DNA of 64,000 nt, taken from positions 2,474 through 66,473 of the forward strand of contig QHPU01000057.1 of the NCBI GenBank assembly GCA_003219175.1, in the 5' to 3' direction. Numbering within the stretch: position 1 is the first letter of the stretch; the number at the start of each line of letters is the position of its first letter. A model generated the notes under the pieces. It was not told the DNA's origin and made no database searches. It worked only from the letters and a program-made list of their open reading frames with translations. The position numbers and the translations under genes were made by a program. Origin of the DNA: Verrucomicrobiota bacterium (lineage in GTDB: Bacteria; Verrucomicrobiota; Verrucomicrobiia; Chthoniobacterales; UBA10450). Of the stretch, positions 18,393-26,739 are shown piece after piece.

Positions 18393-19751
18393 TTGTTTTT
18401 CTTGTCGCGTCCCACTCATAGACATCTACCCAAAAAACACGTGGCTATCATAAAAGCTATTAAAAGAGCGGCTACTATTATGATTTTTGCTAGCTCTACC
18501 TCCCTTTCAGCTCAAGATATCGCCCCGGAAGAGAACACGAGCGGTGAGGTTGAAAACCCATCCGAGACCGCTCCCACCGGCCAATTAATCGCACCAACGA
18601 ACCCCGATGATGGTAGCATTCGCGCGGGGCTCGGAGGGATCTCGCCTCCTATCTTTAGCTTCGGTCGGCGAATTCAACTTTCAGCCTCGCTCACTGGCGG
18701 ATACGATGACAACGTTAATCTGGCTCCGACCGGGTCGCCCTCTTGGTTTGCAAGCCCTAATGCGGTCCTTATCTACCAGTTCGGCAATCCACGCCTTGCG
18801 ATGCATCTCATTACGGGAGCTGGAATCACGTACTACTTCGAGCATCCCGGCGGCAGGGATTATGATCCGAACATCTATCTCCGGCTCTTACTCGCATACA
18901 AAATGAGCGAGCGTCTAACGCTGGACATTTCGGCTTTCGCTGCCTACCAAGCGCAACCCGACATCACGAGCGCGTTGAGCGCGAATCGACGATTGGGAAA
19001 CTTCTTCAGGACGGAAGATAACATTTCCGCACATTACAGGTGGACGCCCCGCTTTTCGACCATCACCGGTTATACTTTCAGCGCGATCGCGTACAACAAT
19101 TCTGCTGCCTCGTCAGGGGATCGTTTAGAAAACCGTTTTCGCGAGGAGGTTCGATATCTCTTGTTTCCGACAACAACTGCCACTGCGGGGTATGGAATTG
19201 GCATTACTGACTATCTGAACACTGGACACAATCGGATTAGTCAAACCTTAACCGCCGGATTAGACCAGACGTTCGGACCACACCTTAGCGGTATATTTCG
19301 GGGCGGCCTGCAACTTCGCTCTGAGCAGACTTCGCCTTACATTGAGGCTGGACTTCGTTATTCGGTTAAGGCGGCGAGTGTGATTTGGACAAATGGGTAC
19401 TCGATCGAAGAATCTGGTACGGGGGCAGGTTCGGGGCGCGAGACATTTCGTACAAATCTGGCGCTAAATTGCAGAATTACCGAGCGAATTTCCGCCAATC
19501 TCGCTGTTAGTTACAGCCATGGGACCGGGGCCCAGGCCGCAGAGATTGGATTTAACGGTAGAGTTGCCGGCGGCACGGAGAACATTTTTGAAGTCTCAAC
19601 CGGAGTTCGCTACGCCATTACACCATCTCTTGCTATTAACGCCGGTTACCGTCACCGGGAGCTGGATCAAGGTTCCAGATCAGCGATTGCCTCCCAGTTG
19701 CTTAGCTACTCTGACAATCGATATTTCGCCGGCCTCACCTACACATTCTAG
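18393..19751 (+). CDS. outer-membrane beta-barrel protein
   Basis: Signal-like KRAATIMIFASSTSLSAQD, alternating beta-strand pattern, and the C-terminal ..YFAGLTYTF (terminal Phe) typical of OMPs. The true start is probably the GTG near 18440. Confidence 0.65.
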   Translation: MFFLSRPTHRHLPKKHVAIIKAIKRAATIMIFASSTSLSAQDIAPEENTSGEVENPSETAPTGQLIAPTNPDDGSIRAGLGGISPPIFSFGRRIQLSASLTGGYDDNVNLAPTGSPSWFASPNAVLIYQFGNPRLAMHLITGAGITYYFEHPGGRDYDPNIYLRLLLAYKMSERLTLDISAFAAYQAQPDITSALSANRRLGNFFRTEDNISAHYRWTPRFSTITGYTFSAIAYNNSAASSGDRLENRFREEVRYLLFPTTTATAGYGIGITDYLNTGHNRISQTLTAGLDQTFGPHLSGIFRGGLQLRSEQTSPYIEAGLRYSVKAASVIWTNGYSIEESGTGAGSGRETFRTNLALNCRITERISANLAVSYSHGTGAQAAEIGFNGRVAGGTENIFEVSTGVRYAITPSLAINAGYRHRELDQGSRSAIASQLLSYSDNRYFAGLTYTF

Positions 19752-19839
19752 AACCCGCCCGAATAACGAGCCGTAGACTTCGGCCACGGTCGCAGTCGTT
19801 TAGGGAAGACCCCCCTGTGCTTGCTTGCTACCGGTCTGC

Positions 19840-20306
19840 CTAGACGTCAGACTCGATAATGGCGCGATGTCGCCACGCATATCCAAGACCGGAGTAAAGC
19901 GTCAGCGCAACCGTTAACCAGACTAAGGCCGGTCCGGCTTCATTCCAGGCCCGGTGCCACCATTCGCTGCTTGCGCTCTTACCACTCCACTCCGCGGTCG
20001 CCAGCAAGGTGAGAAAGAAAATGACCTTGACTATGCGGCCCAGGCCGGAATCGCCCGTAACGGCACCAGCGAAATGAACGCGGCCGCAATCATGATCTTG
20101 TCGACCAGTGGATCCATTAACTTCCCAAAGTTTGTCACCGTTTGATAACGACGTGCGATCTCGCCATCAAAAAAGTCGGTTATGCCGGCAACCAGAAAAG
20201 TGATTAATGCGGTAGTATGGGCATAGCGCCAGGGCGAACTTAACGCCACCACGAAGAGTACGGTTAAGGCAAGACGGCTGAGCGTGAGACGATTCGCCCA
20301 ATTCAT
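19840..20306 (-). pseudogene. pgsA: CDP-diacylglycerol--glycerol-3-phosphate 3-phosphatidyltransferase, frameshifted and internally shortened
   Basis: ORF 20031..20306 carries the intact CDP-alcohol transferase motif DFFDGEIARRYQTVTNFGKLMDPLVDK, then stops after ..IPAWAA. A different frame continues GLGRIVKVIFFLTLL...LVWLTVALTLYSGLGYAWRH, which is PgsA C-terminus-like, to the stop at 19840-19842. The RE..GLR..GKxKT region (about 25-30 aa) appears to be missing. Confidence 0.55.
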
Positions 20307-20725
20307 AAGCGCGCCGCCATTTCCCTCGTCTGGTCCGATCTAACCACGCTCGACTTCCAAATCGGGACGCGTTTCTTCAACTCGTCCACGATCCACCGGC
20401 TGGCGTCGAATGCTGCACCGCGATGAGCCGCCGCCACCTTTAGGAACAATGAGGTTTCGCCCACGCCCACAAAACCGACGCGATGATGCAAGCAAACGGC
20501 CAATAAACCGAACCGCTCTGCCGCTTCGTCCGCGATCTTTCGTAACTGATATTCGGCCATTTCCTGATGCGCCTCATACTCGATTCCATCAATGTGCTCG
20601 CCGTTTTCCAGCGGGCGGACGTCGCCGAAAAATTGAACGATCGCCCCTGCGCCGGACGTGTTTTCCGCTGCGTTGACGTCGAGCGCGGCATCTACTAACG
20701 CTACATCACAATCGTAATTTGCCAT
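20303..20725 (-). CDS. moaE: molybdopterin synthase catalytic subunit
   Basis: IVQFFGDVR, IEYEAH..MAE, VGETSLFLKVAAAHRGAAF and LKKRVPIWK. Its TGA overlaps the pgsA ATG (ATGA). Confidence 0.85.
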   Translation of the reverse strand: MANYDCDVALVDAALDVNAAENTSGAGAIVQFFGDVRPLENGEHIDGIEYEAHQEMAEYQLRKIADEAAERFGLLAVCLHHRVGFVGVGETSLFLKVAAAHRGAAFDASRWIVDELKKRVPIWKSSVVRSDQTREMAARL

Positions 20726-20792
20726 TCGCTGCCTCTAACAGTTTAATGAGTTGCTGGGATTTTAAGGCACCTCAAAACCAACGCTGAAAGTC

Positions 20793-22268
20793 ATGACTAT
20801 GCAATCGGATATTGGCCTGATCGGCCTCGCGGTAATGGGCGAAAATCTCGTTCTCAACATGGCGTCAAAGGGATTCTCGGTAGCTGTTTTCAACCGCACT
20901 ACCGCGGTCACGGAAAAATTTGTGGCCACCCGCGGCAAAGGTAAGAACATCATCTCAACTAAGACCGTCGAGGAACAGATCGGTGCGCTGAAATCTCCGC
21001 GCAAAGTGATGATGATGATCAAGGCCGGCAACCCCGTCGATCAAGTGATCGGCGAAGTCGCGCCCCTCCTGGAAAAAGGCGACGTCCTCATCGACGGCGG
21101 CAACTCACTTTTTACTGATACCCAACGACGTTTTCACGATCTCGAAAGAAAAGGAATTCACTATGTCGGCTGCGGCGTTTCCGGCGGCGAGGAAGGCGCA
21201 CTCAAAGGTCCGTCGCTCATGCCCGGCGGCTCACGTGAATCTTACGAATTGATTGCGCCGATCTTCCGCAAGATCGCGGCCCAGGTCGACGGCGAACCGT
21301 GCTGTCGCTACATGGGCCCGGACGGCGCCGGCCACTACGTCAAGATGGTGCACAATGGGATCGAGTATGGCGATATGCAGTTGATCTGCGAAGCTTATGC
21401 CATTCTGAAAAATGTCCTTCGCCTCGAGGCCGAAGATTTGGCCGAAATTTTCGCGAAGTGGAATCACGGAGCTCTGGAGAGTTATCTCATCGAAATCACT
21501 GCCAGCATTTTTCGGAAAAAAGATCCCGATACCGGTAAACCAATGGTCGATGTCATTCTCGACAAAGCAGGACAAAAAGGGACTGGACTCTGGACTCTGC
21601 AATCGGCGCTGACGCAATCCGTCGTCATCTCAACCATCAACGCCGCCGTGGAAGCACGCGTCATTTCCTCACGAAAAGACGAACGTGTAGCTTCGTCGAA
21701 AATTTTGCCACAACCGAAATTGCCAAAGTTCGAGGGCAATCGTGACGAGCTTATCCAGTCGGTGCACGATGCACTTTACGCCTCCAAAATTGTCTCCTAT
21801 GCGCAGGGGATGGAACTGCTCGGCGCCGCCAGTACTACCTACAATTGGAATTTGAACTTTGGCGATATCGCTACCATCTGGCGTGGCGGTTGCATCATTC
21901 GCGCGAAATTCCTCAATCGCATCGTCGAGGCTTACGCGCGCAACCCGAAGCTGCACAATCTACTGTTGGACGAATATTTCACCGATATCATTGCTAGGAC
22001 GCAGCATAACTGGCGCGTTGCGGTTTCGACTGCCATCAATTATGGCGTGGCGACACCCGCGTTCAGCGCCTCTCTTGCCTATTTCGATAGCTATCGTTCC
22101 GCGCGTTTGCCAGCAAATTTGTTGCAGGCACAACGCGACTACTTCGGCGCCCATACCTACGAGCGCGTCGATAAGCCGGGAATTTTCCATACCGACTGGA
22201 TCGGCGACCAACCCGCGCAGGAAATCAGCGCGCCCAAACCAACGGCAAAACGCCACGCCGGCGAATAA
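20793..22268 (+). CDS. gnd: 6-phosphogluconate dehydrogenase (decarboxylating)
   Basis: IGLIGLAVMGENLVLNM, GVSGGEEGA, GAGHYVKMVHNGIEYGDMQLI and WRGGCIIR. Confidence 0.9.
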   Translation: MTMQSDIGLIGLAVMGENLVLNMASKGFSVAVFNRTTAVTEKFVATRGKGKNIISTKTVEEQIGALKSPRKVMMMIKAGNPVDQVIGEVAPLLEKGDVLIDGGNSLFTDTQRRFHDLERKGIHYVGCGVSGGEEGALKGPSLMPGGSRESYELIAPIFRKIAAQVDGEPCCRYMGPDGAGHYVKMVHNGIEYGDMQLICEAYAILKNVLRLEAEDLAEIFAKWNHGALESYLIEITASIFRKKDPDTGKPMVDVILDKAGQKGTGLWTLQSALTQSVVISTINAAVEARVISSRKDERVASSKILPQPKLPKFEGNRDELIQSVHDALYASKIVSYAQGMELLGAASTTYNWNLNFGDIATIWRGGCIIRAKFLNRIVEAYARNPKLHNLLLDEYFTDIIARTQHNWRVAVSTAINYGVATPAFSASLAYFDSYRSARLPANLLQAQRDYFGAHTYERVDKPGIFHTDWIGDQPAQEISAPKPTAKRHAGE

Positions 22269-22276
22269 TGCAAGCC

Positions 22277-22365
22277 GTCGAAGCGTTAAATGAGTTAAAG
22301 CGTTGAGGCGGACACAATCCCTCGCCGCGCAAATAACAGCGCTGCAACGGTTCAACGCTTCAACG
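22277..22365. repeat. inverted arrays of a degenerate 8-nt unit (element E1)
   Basis: The left array is GTCGAAgc GTTAAAtga GTTAAAgc GTTGAGgc. A spacer follows, then the right array gcaacg gTTCAACg cTTCAACg. E1 occupies the convergent gnd/dnaE2 spacer and overlaps the dnaE2 stop codon. Confidence 0.75.
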
Positions 22366-25300
22366 AAAGTCATGCGATTCGGAACCGACAAGTCCGTGAT
22401 TTGTTAGCGGCAGGATTTTCTGAGCCTTAATCAGCACCACGTTGTCGGTGTTCTGGACTTCGCCTTCGATCGCAAGGAATGGCTCTTCGGTGATGAGTAA
22501 TCGGCTTTGTTCGAATAAATCCGGCGTGACAATCGCATTCGATACTCCGGTTTCGTCTTCGAGACTGATGAAGACGAAGCCTTTCGCTGTGCCCGGCCGT
22601 TGACGGCAAATCACATTTCCCGCGATGCGGACGATGGAGCCATGTTTTGCCTGCGCCAGATCAGCGGCCCGCCATACATCCGACAATTGTTCGCGCACTA
22701 ATTTCATTGGATGCGGTCCAGTGGTTAGGTCCATCACTTCGTAATCCGCACGGACGCGCTCGGGTAACGTCATCGGCGCTAGCGGAGAATTATACTTCTC
22801 GTCATCCCGAACGGAGCACCGCGTAGTGGAGGGATCCCGTTGCGGCACCTTTCCGCAGTACAACGGAATCCCTTGGTCTGAGCCGGACTGGTGTTTTCGC
22901 TCGGAACGACGGGCTGGAGCAAGCAAATCATCACGCGGGGTTTCCTCCACCTTCCACATCGCCGCGCGGCGATGTTCCGCGAAACAATTCAGCGCTCCCA
23001 AGTTCGCCAGCCGCCGTAGTTCCTCTTTCGTTAGGACCGCGCGCTTCCGAAAATCTTCCAGCGACGTAAAGGGCCGCTCATTGCGTTCCCGCAAAAAATC
23101 CTCGGCGTGTTCGCGCTGCAATCCGCTCACCACGCAAAAGCCCAATCGAATTGTGTCTTCGGCAATAATGGTGCAATTCCATTCCGATTGTGCCACGCAC
23201 ACCGGTTTCACTTTCACTCCGTGCCGCCGCGCATCTTTCACAATTGTCGCCGGTGTGTAAAAACCCATTGGCTGATTGTTAATCAAACTCGCGTAGAACT
23301 CCGCCGGACGATGCGCTTTTAAATAGGCGCTGCCATAAGCCAGAATCGCGAAACTGATGGCATGTGATTCCGGAAATCCGTAGAGCGCAAACGACGTGAT
23401 GGAATGCAAGACTTTCTCGATTACGTCCGGCGCGATTTGGTTGCGTGCCATCGCCTCCCGCAACTTCACACTCACCCGGTTCATCCGCTCTTCCGAGCGA
23501 TGAAAACTGAGCGCGCGCCGCAATTCTTCCGCTTCGTCGCCGGAAAAATTCGCCATAATCATCGCGATCTTCAGCATCTGTTCCTGAAACAATGGGACGC
23601 CGAGCGTTCGTTCCAGTACTGGCTTTAGTCGCTCATCGAAATACGTGACCGGTTCTTTTCCGGCCCGCCGCGCCAGATACGGATGTACCATGTCGCCCTG
23701 GATCGGTCCCGGCCGGATGATCGCGACTTCAATCACGACATCGTAAAAACATTTTGGCTTTAGTCGGGGCAGCGTCGCCATTTGCGCCCGACTTTCGATT
23801 TGGAAAACCCCTATGGTGTCGGCCGTTTGCATCATCTCGAAAGTTTTCGCGTCGTCTTTTGGGATGTGAGCGAGATCGAGAGGGCGACCACGTTCCCGAC
23901 AAAGCTCAAACGCATCCTGCATCACCGACATCATCCCTAGGCCAAGCAGATCGACCTTAACGATTCCGAGATCTTCGCAATCATCCTTGTCCCATTGCGC
24001 CACCACGCGGCCCGGCATGGAGGCGTTTTCCAACGGCACAAACGAGCTCAGTTTGTTCTGGCAAATAATCATCCCGCCGGAGTGCTGCCCGAGATGCCGC
24101 GGCAATCCGTAGATGGCGTGATACAAACCGACGAATGCTGGCATGCGCGGATGCGCTTTCGGCAGACCCGCCTGCTCGATTTGAGCTTCGAGCTCGAGGG
24201 TGTGTGGAAAATCGCCGTTCGCGAACAAATGCGAGAAGCGATCGATCGTGCTCGGTGAAAAATTCAACGCTTTTCCGATTTCGCGAGCTGCGCTTCGCCC
24301 ACGATAGGTGATGACATTCGCGGTCATGGCCGCGCCGTGTTTGCCGTAGCGCCGGTAAATTTCCTGGATGACCCGCTCGCGCCGATTACCGCTCGGTAAA
24401 TCGAGATCTGTTGGCCGCGCTCCCACGGCCTTGCACCATGATGTTGTTTTCGCGGCAAAAATTTACGATGTCCCAGACAATCAGAAAATATCCGGAGAAT
24501 CCGAGTCGAGTGATGAGCGCGAGTTCTTTTTCCAGCTGGCGTTTTACTCTTTTTGAAATTGATTCGTAACGCTGCTGCGCTCCAAACAACACCATCGTGC
24601 GCAAAAACGAATTCATGGTGTGCCCGTCCGGCACCAGATATTCGGGAAATTCGTAGCCGATATTTTCGAGGGAAAACTGCAAGCGATCTGCGAGTCGTTC
24701 GGTGTTCGTGATTGCGTCTGGTAAATCGCGAAAAATCGTGCGCATCTCCGCATCGCTCTTCAAATGACGCTCGGCGTTTTGTGATAAAAGTTTTCCGGCG
24801 AGATCGAGGTGGGTGTGCTCGCGGATGCAGGTGAAAACATCCAGCACCTGGCGACCATAAGGCTTCGCGTACTGCACCCCGTTAGTCGCGATAACCGCTA
24901 ACTGAAATTTCGAAGCAATATCAGTTAATGCGCGATTAACCCGATCTTCGCCGCGCAAAAAATGCCGCTGAACTTCGATGTACACATTCTCGTGCCCAAA
25001 CGCCTCGATGAGACCTTGCGCCCGATCTTCTGCACTCTGGGGAGGGCAGGCTGCCAGCCTGCCGTTTGCGGCAGCCTGCCGCAAACCTGGAACAATACAC
25101 TTCACGCGTGGAGAAATTGCCTCCGGCAAGCTGCCGCACGCCGCAGGCTGGCAGCCTGCGCTCCCCGATCCAAAGAGCGCAACGAGCCCCTGCGCAAATT
25201 CCGGCAGCTCCTCCCATCTCACAGTGCACTCGCCTTTCACACTGCTGCGCAGATGCGCCTGGGTAAGGAGCGAACAAAGATTGGCGTAACCGAGACGGCT

Positions 25301-25540
25301 TGCCACCAGCACCGGCAACAAACTGCCGTCTTCCATCGTTAATTCCGCCCCAGTGATCGACCGCACTTTTTGCTCCCGCGCCGCCACCGAAAATCGCTGC
25401 GCACCATAAACCCCGTTGCGATCGAGCAACGCCAGCGCCGGCGATTCCAATTCCGCCGCCACTTCCACCAGTTGTTCCGGTGAAGATGCGCCGCGCAAAA
25501 AACTGAAGGCACTACAGGCGTGCAGTTCGATGTAGGGCAT
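22360..25540 (-). pseudogene. dnaE2: error-prone DNA polymerase DnaE2, split into two ORFs by an internal deletion/frameshift and carrying a repeat insertion
   Basis: ORF 24386..25540 holds the PHP domain (YIELHACSAFSFLRGAS) through ..IVWDIVNFCRENNIMVQGRGSAAN. ORF 22360..24426 resumes at PTDLDLPSGNRRERVIQEIYRRYGK..ANVITYRGRSA. The about 31 aa expected between GRGSAAN and PDIDLD (SAVCYxLGITxVDP..LLFERFLSxxR) are absent and the frame changes. Confidence 0.75.
25039..25166. mobile_element. ~128-bp MITE-like palindromic element inserted in frame in the dnaE2 PHP-domain region
   Basis: The terminal inverted repeats are ggggagGgcaggctgccagcctgc at the left end and gcaggctggcagcctgcGctcccc at the right end. 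They match over 24 bp with 1 mismatch. The interior has the hairpin gtttgcggcag/ctgccgcaaac and the module cggcaagctgccg. It is read through as GSAGCQPAACGSLPEAISPRVKCIVPGLRQAAANGRLAACPP between the conserved flanks GLVALFG and AEDRAQGLIEAFG. Confidence 0.7.
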
Positions 25541-25545
25541 AAAAA

Positions 25546-25643
25546 GCGTTGAACCGTTAAAGCCTTGAAGAGTTGAAGCGTTCAGCGGAAATGAGCGATG
25601 CCATTCTGCCCCTTCAACGCTTCAACCCTTTTAACGCTTCAAC
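25546..25643. repeat. inverted arrays of the 8-nt unit (element E2) filling the imuB-dnaE2 spacer
   Basis: The left array is gcGTTGAA ccGTTAAA gcCTTGAA gaGTTGAA gcGTTCAG. A ~25-nt spacer follows, then the right array ccTTCAAC gcTTCAAC cctTTTAAC gcTTCAAC. Confidence 0.8.
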
Positions 25644-25648
25644 TATCC

Positions 25649-26689
25649 TCAATCATAAATCCCATCGATCGCCCAGCCCTCCTGATCACAGTAACAGCGC
25701 GCGATAATTCCATTCTCGATTTCCACATCCCATTCCACCCGCGCCCAGGCCTGCTCATCCCACCAGTTTCCTGAAAGCGGATACGGTCCTTCCTGCATCA
25801 CCGTTGCGCCGTCCATCGTTAGTCCGACCCGGACCGCCAGTCCGGCTCGGACCCCCTCAGTGCGCACATGAGCAGGCCGATGACTTTCTAGTAACACTGT
25901 CATCTTTGTGGGTTTTCGAAAACGACGTAGCGGGATAAGTTCCCTCACCGCCGTGCTCTCGCCCGCGCGTCTCTGCCCCGGGGAGAGGGTAGGGTAAGGG
26001 TCATTAGTTTCATGCGTTTCTTCCAGCACCGGTGTGCCGACACGATCCGCGCCGAGTAATCCAACAAGACGCGCCAGCGTCTCATGCAATTGCATCGGAT
26101 CGCGCAATGCGGTTTCGAACAGTCCAAATTGTTGCCGCACTGAGCGTGACGGCTGCGCTTCCAATTCAACCGCCACGATCGGATGTTTCGATGTAAAGTT
26201 TTCCAGATGCGTGTGCAGCATCCGGAAAAGAATGTCTTCGTTGTTGGTCGGCTGCGGAATTTTGAAGATACCTTCGTAGTCCGATTTGTCGGCAAAAGTG
26301 AGCCGCAGCCGCAGTTCTTTGGCGACGAGATAGATCGCGTTTAAACGTGTTGCCAGCTGCTGCAAAAACCGACGCAGGATAAAGAGCAACGGCTCGATCG
26401 TTTCGATTTCATTTTCGAACTCAAAACTTTCGATGAACGATTCGGGCGGCGAAACGAGTTTTAAAATTCGTTCCGCCCGACCATTGGCGCGCTCCCAAAG
26501 TTCAACCACGCGTGCACCCAGTCGTGCCGCCAGATCATCCCGGGGCAAGGCCGCGAGTTGACCAAGGGTATGAATCCCCCACTGATGCAAAATCGAGAGA
26601 ATGCGTTCTGTTTCTTTCGCACGTTCGATCTGTTTGGCCGTGCGTTCCGGCAAAACCGCCGACGGAATCGACAAAACAGGCGCATTCAT
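25649..26689 (-). CDS. imuB: ImuB (Y-family polymerase-like) C-terminal fragment: thumb/HhH, little finger and C-terminal extension
   Basis: ERILSILHQWGIHTLGQLAALPRDDLAARLGARVVELWERANG is the thumb/HhH segment that follows the palm in ImuB/DinB-type proteins. No palm or fingers are present. It lies immediately upstream of dnaE2. There is an in-frame TAA 4 codons upstream of the ATG. Confidence 0.65.
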   Translation of the reverse strand: MNAPVLSIPSAVLPERTAKQIERAKETERILSILHQWGIHTLGQLAALPRDDLAARLGARVVELWERANGRAERILKLVSPPESFIESFEFENEIETIEPLLFILRRFLQQLATRLNAIYLVAKELRLRLTFADKSDYEGIFKIPQPTNNEDILFRMLHTHLENFTSKHPIVAVELEAQPSRSVRQQFGLFETALRDPMQLHETLARLVGLLGADRVGTPVLEETHETNDPYPTLSPGQRRAGESTAVRELIPLRRFRKPTKMTVLLESHRPAHVRTEGVRAGLAVRVGLTMDGATVMQEGPYPLSGNWWDEQAWARVEWDVEIENGIIARCYCDQEGWAIDGIYD

Positions 26690-26717
26690 ACGCCCATTTT
26701 AAGGCGGCTTCCTACTA

Positions 26718-26731
26718 TGTTCAAATGAACA
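26718..26731. promoter_or_regulatory. LexA operator TGTTC-AAAT-GAACA (Verrucomicrobia-type SOS box)
   Basis: It is an exact match to the published Verrucomicrobia LexA motif TGTTC-N4-GAACA. It sits 29 nt upstream of the imuB-C ATG, inside the 28-bp palindrome cctactatgttca-aa-tgaacatagtagg (26711-26738), which abuts the dinG stop codon. Confidence 0.7.
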
Positions 26732-26739
26732 TAGTAGGA

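Noticed and set aside
22973-22986. TGTTC-CGCG-AAACA, a one-mismatch LexA-box-like site
   Set aside because: It is deep inside the dnaE2 coding sequence with no downstream gene start, and it has a mismatch in a conserved arm position. It is expected by chance in 64 kb.
24405-24410. AGATCT (BglII site) exactly at the dnaE2 deletion junction, considered as a cloning or engineering scar
   Set aside because: The hexamer arises naturally from the codons ACA GAT CTC of the conserved P(T/D)DLDL motif. No vector-like sequence flanks it.
22277-25643. Octamer arrays considered as a miniature CRISPR-like array
   Set aside because: The units are 8 nt, directly abutting without unique spacers, and arranged as inverted arrays. 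There is no leader and there are no cas genes.
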